DNA of 64,000 bases from Longimicrobiales bacterium (GCA_965197725.1 CBDANQ010000052.1:1-64000), one strand, 5' to 3'; shown: positions 1 to 11,250, numbered from the stretch's first letter. Translations and numbers: made by a program. The notes: generated from the letters alone by a model not told the origin.

Positions 1-282
1 CGGCTTCCACGCGGCTCGAGTCAAAATCCTCGATGGAGTACCCTACGTGATCGACATACTGCTTTTCGCCGGGCTGGAGCCCGCCGCGGAGCCAGACCTG
101 CTGCGGTGGATCACCGAATTCACCACCGAACTCGACGACAGCCACTTTGCCGTCGTCGGACACTTTCCTCATCCCCCACAGATCCACGTAATAGTCGCGG
201 ACCTTGCCGTAATCGACACTGTTATGAGAAATGTGATTCATGGCGCTCGCTCGGAATGCCTCGAAGGTGGGCCTCGGGGCTG

Positions 283-1740
283 GAAGGTGTCCCCGGCTCA
301 GTTGAAGGTGGTGACTCCGAGGCTTTCGTGATTAACCTGCCATCTTCATTTCGGCAACCGGCTCGCGGTCATCGAGGTGAGCTTTGAGCATCCAGAGTTG
401 GTCGAAGCCGACGATGCGTCGGTAGTTCTTCTCGGTCTCGACGAAGGAGGCAGCGGCCCATCTCAGTGCCATCGCTCCGTTCTTCCAGTTCGTCACCCTA
501 TAGGTCTTCTGCCTCACGCCTGCGTGGGTGCTGTCGATCAGGTTCGTGGTGCCGAGGCACTTCCTCAGCCGAGGCGGTAGCCCAAGCCGGTTGATTGTGA
601 ACATCTCACCCAGCCCCTCCCTGAGGCTCGCTGCGGCCGACGGCTGATCTCGTTCAAGCCACCGCGCGAGCTGCTCGAGTTTCTGCACGCCGTCCCTCGC
701 ATCGAGCTTCCATGCTGCGCGGATCGCGGCCTTCACCTGCGGGTGCTGATCCTTCGGTAGGTGAGCGAGCACGTTTCTGAGCTTGTGATTTCGGCATCTC
801 TGGACCGAGTGGCCCGCGCCGAACACCTGAACAATCGCCTTCCGTAACGCCTTCGAGCCATCGATCACGAACAGGCGTCGACGCTCGGGGTCCAGACCCC
901 GCTCGACCAGATCCTGCAGCAGGGCCGTCGTCACTTCGGTGTTCTCACTCGCTCCCTGCCGCATCCCCAGCACGTGCTTCTTGCCGTCCGTGTCCACGCC
1001 CACAGCCGCAAGTACGTGGTGCGCACCGAGTTGGATACCGTCCAGGTAGATCACCAACAGATCCCATGCGTCCAGCCGCCGCTCCATCAGCTCCTTCAGC
1101 ACGCGCTCCGACGCTTCGATCGTCTCGCGGCTCACCGACGACTTGCTCACCCCCACCGTGTCGGCCATCTCGCCGATCACCTGGCCGTATTTCCGGGTGC
1201 TCACACCTGCCATCAGGATCTCCAACATTCGGTCCGCCATGGCGCCCGGCCTGCGCATCGCCTCGTACGCTGGCACCTCGACCTCGCCGCCCTGGCCGCC
1301 AGTCCGCTCACGCAGCCGAGGCCGCTGGATACGGACCTTTCGGTCCGACAGGTAGACCTGACCGCCCTGGCGGCCGTACCAGACCGTCGCCCCCCTCCTC
1401 GCGTGCCTTGCCCGATTGCTTCGGGCCCGCCACACCTTCGGCGCTCATCTCGAGTACCGCCTCGATCGTCGCTCGGCCCATCACCTGGACGACTTCGTCG
1501 ATCGCGAGCTCCGTGTGCTCTACGAGCTCGACCATCGGCAGCAGGAACTGGCCTTCTCGCTTCACGAACTCAGCCATCGCACGCCTGTCCGTGTCACTCG
1601 CTACTTCGTACGTTCTCTTCATCGTGGTGGCTCCGTTTTTGGGTTTTTAGCGCACCCGATCCTATCGGATCGGGCACCCTCGGAGCCACCACTTTTCTTT
1701 TCCCTCTTCAGGGACCTTCAACTACGGCTGGGTCAGCTTC
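283..1740 (-). mobile_element. IS256-family insertion sequence, copy 1
   Basis: Imperfect ~27-bp TIRs (GAAGGTGTCCCCGGCTCAGTTGAAGGT / ACCTTCAACTACGGCTGGGTCAGCTTC). 8-bp target duplication CGGGGCTG at 275-282 and 1741-1748. Confidence 0.95.
332..1622 (-). pseudogene. IS256 (Mutator-type DDE) transposase with a +1 frameshift near 1390
   Basis: ORFs 1308-1622 and 332-1435 together match the intact 429-aa copy at 35946-37235. There is one extra C in a C-run relative to that copy. Confidence 0.9.
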
Positions 1741-2510
1741 CGGGGCTGCCTCGTAAGCTGGCTTGGAGACCATCTTCTTGCGTGAGATCTTCTATGCTCT
1801 GCGCGTTGCCACCCCCGGGGAATACTGCCACCAGTGAGGACGGTTGGAGCCTGTAGCCCTCCGGATCGTCGGTGTGAATCATTTCGGGGCCATCATAGCT
1901 GTACGGCAGGCCACGAGCCTTCAATTCGGCTTCCATGGCGTCAAGTCTAAATTTTTCAATCGAGTACGCCATGTGACCTATAGCCGGCTTCGCGTTGGGA
2001 TCCCCATTCTGGCCCAGATAGATGAGGTTCCATGGAATTCCAAATCTGAGGGCGGTCGTGCTACCGTTGTCGAACACGGCTTCCATCCCGAGGAGATCGA
2101 TGTACCAGGCGCGGGTCTTCTTTTGATCGGGAACCGAATAAGAAATGTGACCGACGGAGATCGTTTTGGAAGGGGCCGCTGCGCGGATATGATTTCAACC
2201 ATTTCATCCTCGGAAGCCCCTCCTGAGGGGCCGCAGCACCACCCTCACCCTGCTGAGCACAAGCGCCGACCGATCCAACAACAGAGGCAGCCCCTGCCGT
2301 CAGGCCAAGAGCCTGAAGCAACTGCCGCCTGTTTATCTTTCCATTTTCCCAAATTCTGAAACAAATTGGAGATCACGGGTTTCATTTATTTCTCCTCTAG
2401 AAATATCGCAATATCCGCCAATTTTGCTTGTGTTCCGCGCACGCCAACTTTTACGCGCCTAGACTTTCCTCACCTGTTATCCTGGGAACTGCCGTTTCGT
2501 CCCGCCGTGC

Positions 2511-2625
2511 TTAGTTGTAAAAGTCGGGCGCGTACTTCTTCTTCTCGTACGACGCTTGGTCGTGGGCGATCCAGATCTGCGCTCTGTAAAACGACAGCAG
2601 GTCGGCCAAGCGCTGGTACGATCAA
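2511..2625 (-). pseudogene. C-terminal remnant of an MBL-fold AHL-lactonase-like protein
   Basis: Minus strand reads LADLLSFYRAQIWIAHDQASYEKKKYAPDFYN*, resembling lactonase C-termini. No N-terminus is present. Confidence 0.45.
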
Positions 2626-3031
2626 GAAGTCCACGGGCCTGGTGCACTAGACGGCAAAGTCCATTTCCCATGAACCCAGCGACGGCGGCGGCCCTGCACT
2701 AGCACCGGCCCCTCTGCCGGGAGAAGGGGGGTAAGCAGTCGGAAACCCCATGAAAAGTGAGCGTTTCTGTAGATCAAGTGGGTAATAATTATAGGGTAAT
2801 ATTCAATAATGCTACATGTCCTAAGGGTACGTAAGTAATTGTTCTACAACCATTTAGTATATGACCACCCAACTACCACATGTAGGCACAAAGGCTACCC
2901 CGTAGCTTCCCCGTACTTCCTCGCCTTTCCCTTGTACAACCCCAGTATTCACGCCACTTCTAGCCATCGAACTGCTTGCACCGAGGCTTCGCCGCTGTTC
3001 GCTCTGATGGACCCCTCATACCATGCCGCTT

Positions 3032-3801
3032 TCATCGGCGGACGAACACGAGGTCCTCATCGCTCGACAGCTGCGGCTCGAACGTATAGCCGTCTTCTCC
3101 GAACGCCTTCAGGCCGTCCGTATCCTCGACACGTTGTTGGACGATGAAACGAGCCATCCTTCCCCTGGCCTTCTTGCAGACGAAGCCGATGGTCTTCGGC
3201 GTGCCGTCCCGCATTTCCTTGAAGTGGCACGTGACGAACGGGCCCGGCCAGCCTCTGAGGCCGGATCGCTTTTATGTATTCGGCGGAGGCAAGTGAGACG
3301 ACCGTGCGATCCTCATGAGCGGCGGTCACCTCGTTACATGCGTCGGTGAGTCGTGATCCCCAGAATGAGTAAAGGTCCTTTCCCTCGCTGCGTGGACAGC
3401 TTAGAGCCCATCTCCAGGCGATACGGCTGAATGAGGTCGAGTGGCCGCAACATACCATACAGGCCAGAAAGAATACCGAGATGTTTCTGGGCGTACGTGA
3501 GATCGTCCTTGCTCAGAGTATCCGCATCGAGTCCTACGTAGGTGTCCCCGCGGAACATGAAGACGGCTTGTTTTCCGTTATTCTGAGAGAAGGGTATGGA
3601 ATACCGCTCATAGCAGGCTTGGTTTAGTTCCGTCAGCGCGTCCGAAAGGTTCATAAGAGCTTTCAGCCGCCTCTTTCCTAGGCTTTTGACGGTAGCCACG
3701 AGCTCTTCACTGTTGTCCAACTGCTGGGGAACCGTGAAGTCACCCAACCACGGTTCGTTTTCGGTATCCAGCTTCTTCGCGGGGGAAATCAAAGCGAGCA
3801 C
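3032..3801 (-). CDS. yaaA: YaaA/UPF0246 peroxide-stress protein; two frameshifts (~3380, ~3240)
   Basis: MLALISPAKKLD, ILSGLYGMLRPLDLIQPYRLEMG, DLYSFWG, SLASAEY and KKARGRMARF are spread over three overlapping ORFs. Confidence 0.85.
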
Positions 3802-4153
3802 GTTGTCCTTGTCCCGTTGGGGGCTCCAGTTACGAGATCGGTGACGTCGATCCGACCCAAATTGAAGCTAGTTACGTGGCCGCGTCGCGCCAGCGTCCCA
3901 CCGCGTCGGTGCCTATGCCGACGGATTCCTCACGTGCAGCGGCACCAGGATGAAGTCTTGGGAGGAGGTGCGGCTGGTGCCGAAACGTCCCCTAACTGCC
4001 CGACGCTGTTCAACCCCAACAGTAGGCGAGTCCACCCATCATCATGCCGCATGTGTGATAGACCCCTAAGCCTACGATGGCGTGTCAACGGCCATCGAAA
4101 GCTGCACAGGTCTGGCCATCGAAAATTGCACACTTGGCGGAGGTGACGAGCCT

Positions 4154-4294
4154 CTAGTTCGTCGTTTTCTCCTTTGCTCTTGCTCTCTTTCTCTTCGGGG
4201 GTGAAGGGCTCGACTCCGCAGGAGGCGAGTGGAGGATCTTGGAGAGGTCGGTGTGCTTGCGCATCCGGTAGCTGCTGCCGCGGATGTTGACGAT
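4154..4294 (-). pseudogene. istB: Detached 3' end of istB
   Basis: Reads IVNIRGSSYRMRKHTDLSK...TTN*, the conserved IstB C-terminus. It is in frame with the 5' part when joined at the ATGTTGACGAT repeat. Confidence 0.92.
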
Positions 4295-4632
4295 GTGTCT
4301 ACTCTGGATATAGCGTAAACAGCCACCATTATTGATGTTACGGGGTGTACACAGGATTGGCTTACCTCATTCCTTACCCCTTCCCGAACGGGAATCCAAT
4401 CGACCGCATCGGAGGACTTTGGACCCGAGGACGGGTTCCGGTCGATCACCGTCGTAGGGGGGCGGGCGCGTCTTCGTACCGCCTCGGCCATGTCCGCTTG
4501 GGTCCTCCCGCGGTGTTGGGATCGCGCCGGCGCACCCCCAAGTGGTGATACATTCATGGCATTGCGTCAAGCGCCCGAGGGGAGGCGTGTTGGCCCATGT
4601 GAACCGCGAAGCGCAAGCGGAGAGTCGTTGAG

Positions 4633-7485
4633 GTGATCGCGAACGAGTTCATTGCGAAGTGGCACGCGTCGGAGTTGAAGGAGCGCTCGGCGGCGCAGGA
4701 GCACTTCATCGACCTGTGCCGGCTGCTCGGGGAACCGACCCCTGCGGAGGCGGACCCCAAGGGGGACCGCTACTGCTTCGAGCGCGGCGCGCTGAAGGAC
4801 TCCGGCGGCGGGGGCTGGGCGGATGTGTGGAAGCGCCACTGCTTCGCCTGGGAGTACAAGGGGAAGCACGCGAACCTCGACGCCGCGTTCGACCAGTTGC
4901 GGTAGTACGCGCTCGCGCTGGAGAACCCGCCGTTGCTGATCGTCTCGGACATGAGACGGTTCCGGATCCGGACGAACTGGACCAACTCGGTCAGCAAGAC
5001 GCACGAGTTCGCGCTTGACGATCTCGTGGACGGCGCGGTACGCGACAAGCTCAAGTGGGCCATGTCCGACCCTGAGCGGCTGCGGCCGGGCGAGACCCGT
5101 CAGACGCTGACGGAACGGGCTGCCAAGCACTTCGCGCGGCTCGCGCAGTCGCTCAGGGACCAAGGCCACGGCCCCGAGGACGTGGCGCACTTCGTGAACC
5201 GCCTCGTGTTCTGCATGTTCGCCGAGGACGTGGGCCTGCTCCCCAACGACATGTTCACCCGCATGCTGAGGCGGGCGCGCCGGGAGCCGGAGAAGTTCGC
5301 GGACTTGGCGCGGAAGCTGTTCGGCGCGATGTCCACGGGGGGCGAGGTCGGGTTCGAGGACGTGGATTGGTTCAACGGCGGGCTGTTCGAGGACGATGCC
5401 GCCCTCCCCATGGACAAGGGGCAGATCGAGACGACGCTGGCGGCCTCCGGACTGGACTGGTCCAGCATCGATCCCTCGATCCTGGGCACGCTGTTCGAGC
5501 GGGGCCTTGACCCCGACAAGCGTTCGCAACTCGGGGCGCACTACACGGACCGGGACAAGATCATGCGGATCATCGATCCGGTGATCGTTCGCCCCCTGCT
5601 GGCCGAGTGGAAGACCGCGAAAGCTGGGATTGCCAAGAGGATCAAGCGCGCGAACTCCGCGAAGTCAAAGGGTGCGGAGACGCGGAACCGCAGGCAGGCG
5701 GAGAACGCGCTCGGCACGTTTCTGGAACGGCTGCGCAACTTCACCGTGCTCGACCCGGCCTGCGGCTCGGGCAACTTCCTCTACCTCGCGCTCCACGCTC
5801 TCCACGACATGGAGCACCAAGTCCAGTTGGAGGCCGAGGCGCTGGGTCTCCAGCGCGGCTTCCCTTCGGTCGGCCCCGCCAACGTGAAGGGGATCGAGTT
5901 GAACGCCTACGCGGCGGAACTGGCGCGGGTGTCGGTGTGGATCGGCGAGATCCAGTGGATGCGGAGGAACGGGTTTCCGGGCGCGCGGGAGCCGATCCTC
6001 GACCCATTGGAAACGATCGAGTGCCGCGACGCGATACTGACGGCCGACGGCGGGGAACCGGAGTGGCCCGAGGCGGATGTGGTCATCGGCAACCCGCCCT
6101 TCCTTGGCGGCAAGCTCCTCATCTCGAACCTCGGCGAGGAATACGTATCGACCCTGTTCCGGGTGTACGAGCGCCGGGTGCCCCGCGAGGCCGATCTGGT
6201 CTGCTACTGGTTCGTGAAGGCCGGTGAACGCTTGGGCGGCAAGACCTCGAAGCGGGTCGGCTTGGTCGCGACCAACTCGATCAGGGGCGGCGCGAACCGC
6301 CGGGCGCTCGAACGGGCAGCGCACGGTCGGCCGATCGTCGACGCGTGGAGCGACGAGCCGTGGGTGATCGACGGTGCCGCCGTCCGCGTCTCGCTGGTGT
6401 GCTTCTCGGAGGCGGACGGCGAACTCGCGCCGGACCGCCGCCTCGACGGCGAGACCGTTGACGAGATCTACACGGACCTCACGGCCCGACGAGGAGGCGC
6501 AGGCATCGACCTGACCAAGGCGAGGCGGCTCGCCCGGAACGCGGGCGTGGCCTTCATGGGCGACACCAAGGGCGGGCCGTTCGACGTTCCCGGAGACTTG
6601 GCGCGCGAGTGGCTGCGGGAGCCCGCGAACCCCAACGGCCGCCCCAACTCGGACGTGCTCAAGCCGTGGATGAATGGCATGGCCGTTACCCGGCGGCCCG
6701 CCGACAAATGGATCGTCGATTTCGGGTGGGAGATGGAGGAGGGAGACGCCACCCTGTACGAGTCTCCGTTCCAGCACATTCGCGAACACGTCCACCCGAT
6801 GCGGCAGAGAAACCGGATCGAAGAACACCGTCTCCGGTGGTGGCGGCATCTTCGACCGAGGCAGGAACTTCGAGAGGCGCTTGGCGGCCTGTCCCGCTAC
6901 ATCGCCACGCCGCGCGTGTCCAAACACCGCCTCTTCGTCTGGTTCGACATCCGGATCTGCCCCGACAGCGCCCTGATCGCCATCGCCCGCGAGGACGACG
7001 CCACGTTCGGCATCCTGCACAGCCGGTTCCACGAGGCTTGGTCGCTACGCATGGGCACTTGGCTTGGCAAGGGCAACGATCCGCGCTACACGCCCACGAC
7101 CACCTTCGAGACCTTCCCCTTCCCGGATGGACTCTCGCCCGACATCCCCGCCAGCGATTACAAGGCCGCTCCACGCGCCCGGGCCATTGCCTCGGCGGCT
7201 CGGCGGCTCGTCGAACTCCGAGACCGCTGGCTCAACCCGCCCGAGTGGGTCGAATGGGTCGCGGAACCCGTCCGAGGCTATCCCCCGCGCCCGATCCCGC
7301 GCGACAAGAAGGCGGCGACCGCGCTCAAGAAGCGGACGCTGACCAACCTCTACAACGCGCGACCGCAATGGCTCGCCGATGCGCATGCCCAACTCGACGC
7401 CGCCGTGGCCGCCGCCTACGGCTGGTCCGGCGACATCACCGACGACGTGGCGCTACGCGAACTGCTCGCACGGAACCGGCGCTGA
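4633..7485 (+). pseudogene. MmeI/YeeA-like Type IIG/IIL restriction-modification enzyme (N6-adenine MTase) with an in-frame TAG at 4903-4905
   Basis: N-terminal WADVW...WEYK nuclease-like motif, SILGTLFE, GAHYT, DPACGSGNFL (motif I), GNPPF (motif IV) and a C-terminal TRD. ORFs 4633-4905 and 4933-7485 are in the same frame, separated by one TAG. Confidence 0.85.
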
Positions 7486-7985
7486 TCTCGCCATCGAGAG
7501 CCAGCCGCCGGGGGCGGTCCAACGCGGAGGGCGACGTGTGCCGTCCGCCCCACGAACCGAGCCCCAAGCTCGGAATAGAAGGGGGGTTCGAAGGGGGGAG
7601 CGGAGCCACCCCTCGCCAGCCCCGTGTACCCACACGGGGTATGCTGGCTTAGCCACCTAAGAGTGGCTCAAGCCAGCCCTGCGGACGCCTCCGCAACGCC
7701 TGTCCGGGCACCGCCCGGAACAACGCCCGCCGAGCCGTCGCGGGCAAGCTCCTCCGCCTCTCGGTCGTCAGCCTCACGGACGGGGAGGGCGACGGGGGAC
7801 CCGTCAACTCCTTGGCGATGGCCGCGCCCTTTGCCGCGCCGCCGCTTTCCGCCCTACCCGTACCCCTCGGGGACCGGCGATCGTCGATCCTCGGCCATCC
7901 TACGGCCCGTAGGATAACCCGAAATGCCCCTGAGCCGCCCCGAAACGGCCTCTGAGCCCGTCGCGGAGGCGGAGGCACGTAAAGG

Positions 7986-9209
7986 TCAGGTCTCGGTGCC
8001 CGCTCTCCGGCCCGCGCGATACTCCGCCCAGTCATCCATGAGCCGACGACGCCGCTCGAACAGGTCCGTGCGCCGGTACGCGGCCTCCACCTTGTTCTGG
8101 ACGACGTGCGCCAGCGCCGCCTCGACCACCTCGCGGGGATGGTCCGTTTCCTCGGCGGCCCAATCCCGGAACGAAGACCGGAAGCCGTGCGGGACGGCCG
8201 CGATCTCCTGCTGCTGGAGCAGTTGGCGCAGCTGCCGGTCGGCGAGCGGCTGGCCGCCCTTCCGCGTGAAGACCAACGAACCGGACCTATCGTCCCGCTT
8301 CCGCGTCCCTTCGAGAAGCTCCAACGCCCGGCGGCACAACGGCACGCGGTGCTCCCGCTTCGCCTTCATGCGCGCTTCTGGAACCGTCCACACTCCCTCC
8401 GCCAAGTCGATCTCCGACCACTCGGCCCAACGGACCTCGCCCCATCTCGCCGCCGTCAGCACCAGGAACTCGAACGCCAGCTTGGAAACCGGCATCGCAT
8501 GCGAGGCCCACACCTTGTCCAGCGCCGACGCCACCTCGCGATGCGGCAAGGCTCGCATGTGCCGCACCATCGTCTCCTGCGACCCGAGGAACGACGCCAC
8601 GCGGTCGGCGGGGTTGTCGGTCCGGAACTCCATCGCCACGGCCCACTCCAGTACCGTGCGGATGCGCTGGCGCAGCACGCGGGCCGTGGGTGCCCTCGTG
8701 TGCCAGATCGGACCGAGGATCTCGAGCATGTCGCCGCTCGTCACCTCCGTGATGAGCGTCCGACCGATGCGCGGGAATGCGTAGCGCCTCAGGCTCGCCA
8801 TCCAGTCATGGGCCTGCCTCGGGTTGCGCCAACCGGACCGCTTCTGCTCCACGACGCGCTCGGCGGCTTCGGCAAACGTCGGCATCCCTTGGGCGCGGCG
8901 CTTCTCGGCGAGCGGATCGCCGCCCTCGCGGGCCAGCTTGCGGTTCGCCCGCGCCTTCTCCCGTGCTTCGGCGAGCGAGACCAGAGCCACGCCTCCGAGT
9001 CCGAAGTCCCGCCGCCGTCCGCGGATGACGAGCCGCTGGACCCAGCTTCGGGCTCCGCTCGGCTGGACGAAGAGGTAGAGCCCGTTGCCGTCGCAATATC
9101 TGCCCGGCGGTGCGGAGGGCACGAACGCGGCCGAGAGCCGCTTGTGCGGATGGCGGCCCTTGGGCTTGGTCTTGCGGCGCGGAGCGGGTGCGTGGCTTAC
9201 TTCATTCAT
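7986..9209 (-). CDS. P4-like tyrosine integrase with N-terminal arm-binding domain
   Basis: DGNGLYL...SWVQR...GLG arm domain. Catalytic residues all present: R (TAARWGE), K (MKAKREH), HxxR (HGFRSSFRDW), H (LAH), Y (AAYRR). Start at ATG 9209 is inferred. Confidence 0.93.
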   Translation of the reverse strand: MNEVSHAPAPRRKTKPKGRHPHKRLSAAFVPSAPPGRYCDGNGLYLFVQPSGARSWVQRLVIRGRRRDFGLGGVALVSLAEAREKARANRKLAREGGDPLAEKRRAQGMPTFAEAAERVVEQKRSGWRNPRQAHDWMASLRRYAFPRIGRTLITEVTSGDMLEILGPIWHTRAPTARVLRQRIRTVLEWAVAMEFRTDNPADRVASFLGSQETMVRHMRALPHREVASALDKVWASHAMPVSKLAFEFLVLTAARWGEVRWAEWSEIDLAEGVWTVPEARMKAKREHRVPLCRRALELLEGTRKRDDRSGSLVFTRKGGQPLADRQLRQLLQQQEIAAVPHGFRSSFRDWAAEETDHPREVVEAALAHVVQNKVEAAYRRTDLFERRRRLMDDWAEYRAGRRAGTET

Positions 9210-9346
9210 TCCATCATAATATGGAGGATGCCACGGGATTTCAAGGGACCGTGCCGGGAACGGAAGACAGGTTATGATAGGCATAACCCTATGTTATACA
9301 ACGATATTAGAGACTATAGGGGATGTCCTTGGACGCTGGTGGACTT

Positions 9347-10066
9347 CTAGTGTATGTTGACGATATGGCAGTGATGCAGCAGGCGATCGATGAGCGCAGC
9401 GGCCATGACCTCGTCGCCCAAGATCTGGCCCCACTCCTCGAAGCCTTTATTGGAGGTCAGCACAGTGGATGCGCGCTCATAGCGCCGGTTGATGAGTTGG
9501 AAGAAGAGCATTGCGCCGGTCTGGCTGACCGGCAGGTAGCCGATCTCGTCGATGACCAGGAGCGAAGGATAGGTGAGGATCTTGAGGCGGCGTCCCAGCT
9601 GGCCGGTGGTCTTGGCTTCTTCGAGCGAGGTGATGAGGTCGGCCAGAGCGCCGTAGTAGACTCTGCGCCCGCTCTGAGCCGCGGCAATGGCGAGGCTGAT
9701 CGCGAGATGCGTCTTGCCGACGCCCGGAGGGCCGAGGAAGATCACGTTCTCCTTACGCTCCAAGAAGCCGAGCTCGTGGAGCGAGTCGATCTGCTCGCGC
9801 TTGATCGAGGGCTGGAAGCTGAAGTCGAAGTCGTCGAGGGTCTTGATGCCCGGTAGCCGGCTCGAGCGCATCGCAGCCTGAAGGCGGCGGTTGTTGCGCA
9901 GCGTGATCTGGGCACCGAGGAGTTGCTCGATGGCCTCCGAGGCCGTCACGCCTCCGCCATCGACCCCGGTGAGGACGTCGTCGATGGCCTCCAGCGCACC
10001 GGGCATCTTGAGATCGGCGAGCTGGGCTCGGATCCGGTCACGGCGAGAGCGAGCGGCAGCCTTCAT
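9347..10066 (-). pseudogene. istB: IS21 helper ATPase IstB, 5' part (truncated by the insertion)
   Basis: Walker A GPPGVGKT, LLVIDEIGY, LTSNK, IDRLLHH. Ends abruptly at HIVNIH*. Confidence 0.93.
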
Positions 10067-11091
10067 CGGTCCCCTCCCGCGATCTGGGCATAGGCCGTGA
10101 GGGGACGTCGCTCGACGTGGATGGCCGGCAAGGACGTCGTGCCGGGTGAGGAGCGATCCGGAGGCAGGACGAGGGGGTGATACGGGCGAGTCGCCAAGGG
10201 CTCGAGGAGCAGTCGTTCACGCTCGAAGCGATCGAGGGGCCGCTCCTTCAGCGTTCCGTGGCTGCGCACATTGGCTTCCGTCTCAAGCCAATGAAGGGCC
10301 TGCGCGTTGAGATCGTCGTCCGACGTGAAGGTGCGCCCGTAGAAGAAGCTCTCCCTGAGGTAGCGGATCGGCCGCTCCACCTTGCCCTTGGTCTGAGCCC
10401 GATAGGGTCGGCACGCTCGGATCCTGAAGTTCCAGTGGTAGGCGTAGCGCATGAACTCCGGGTTCTCGACGAGGGCACCATCGTCGTATCGACCGTCCTC
10501 GATGACGACCGCCTTCATTTGGTCGAACAGAAGCTCTGAGGGCACGCCGCCGAAGTAGGAAAACGAAGACTCCAGGCCATGCATCAGGGCCTTCATGGTC
10601 TGCCGGGTGTAGAACTGAACCCACAGCAGCCTCGAGTAGCCCAGCACGACGATTAGTGCGTAACGCTTGCCCCACGGTAGCCGGAAGTGGGCGAAGTCCA
10701 CCTGGCCCTGACGCCCAGGCGCCGTCTCGAAGCGCACGACCGGCTCCTCTGGGGGTCGAGGCCGGACCTTGCGTACATAGCGCTTCACTTGGTTGTAACT
10801 GCCCGGGTAGCCAGCGGCCCGGACCTCCTTGAAGAGCCGTACAGCCGTGAGCTTCGGGTACTCCTTGAGACGCGTGTCGATCAACGGCTTGTACGGATCC
10901 AGCTTCGACGGCATCAGACATCTCGGACCGTACCCGACACGCTCTTCGTCCAACTCCCGGTCCAGTTGACCGGTCTCTATCCAGTGGTACACGGTACGGC
11001 GACTGACCCCCAGATCCCGGGCGATCACCGCCTTGTTCATCCCCTGCTCGAGGTAATGACGGAGCAGCACGCGCTTCTCCCTTCCGATCAT
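10063..11091 (-). CDS. istA: IS21 transposase IstA
   Basis: HTH, RFETAPGRQGQVDF, LGYSR, FGGVP, KGKVER. Overlaps istB by 4 nt. Confidence 0.95.
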   Translation of the reverse strand: MIGREKRVLLRHYLEQGMNKAVIARDLGVSRRTVYHWIETGQLDRELDEERVGYGPRCLMPSKLDPYKPLIDTRLKEYPKLTAVRLFKEVRAAGYPGSYNQVKRYVRKVRPRPPEEPVVRFETAPGRQGQVDFAHFRLPWGKRYALIVVLGYSRLLWVQFYTRQTMKALMHGLESSFSYFGGVPSELLFDQMKAVVIEDGRYDDGALVENPEFMRYAYHWNFRIRACRPYRAQTKGKVERPIRYLRESFFYGRTFTSDDDLNAQALHWLETEANVRSHGTLKERPLDRFERERLLLEPLATRPYHPLVLPPDRSSPGTTSLPAIHVERRPLTAYAQIAGGDR

Positions 11092-11250
11092 TGCACCTCC
11101 ACGTTCTCGGTGGAGGCGCCAAGTGAGTGGATCGGCCGGAAGATCGCTCGGGGTGGTGCCTACATCCCCACTCTCCCGCCCGCTAGGTCAAAGCGCCAAG
11201 TGTGCAATTTTCGATGGCCACATGTGTGCAATATTGGAAGGCCGCTAACA

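Larger units (their letters stand above)
1..2384 (-). pseudogene. Tat-exported two-domain VOC/glyoxalase-family protein, interrupted by IS256 and frameshifted; runs off the left edge
   Basis: RBS GAGGAG then ATG at 2384. Tat-like INRRQLLQALGL. First VOC domain ends HMAYSIEKF...DDPEGYRLQ (1741-2086). Left of the IS (1-282) the minus strand reads AMNHISHNSVDYGKVRDYYVDLWGM...VDHVGYSIEDFD, a second VOC domain. Several frame changes. Confidence 0.7.
4284..9364. mobile_element. Tyrosine-integrase integrative element inserted in istB
   Basis: Direct repeat ATGTTGACGAT at 4284-4294 and 9354-9364. Integrase lies next to the right repeat. Shared TGGCTTACYTCATTC at 4358-4372 and 9193-9207. Cargo is an RM gene. 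Confidence 0.88.
4083..11250 (-). mobile_element. IS21-family element expanded by an internal integrative element
   Basis: TG...CA ends with ~53-bp imperfect IRs containing repeated GGCCATCGAAAATTGCACA boxes (4083-4135; 11198-11250). istA-istB lie inside. No flanking target duplication. Confidence 0.92.

Noticed and set aside
47..331. 94-aa plus-strand ORF
   Set aside because: It is the antisense shadow of the VOC domain on the minus strand and runs into the IS256 end.
4903..4905. TAG as pyrrolysine or a recoded stop
   Set aside because: Many genes here end in TAG, no pyl genes are visible, and a CAG-to-TAG change is simpler.
7986..9209. Integrase as the integron IntI for the attC array, or as a prophage marker
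   Set aside because: It has a P4-type arm-binding domain and its own att repeats, I see no IntI-specific insertion, and there are no phage genes.
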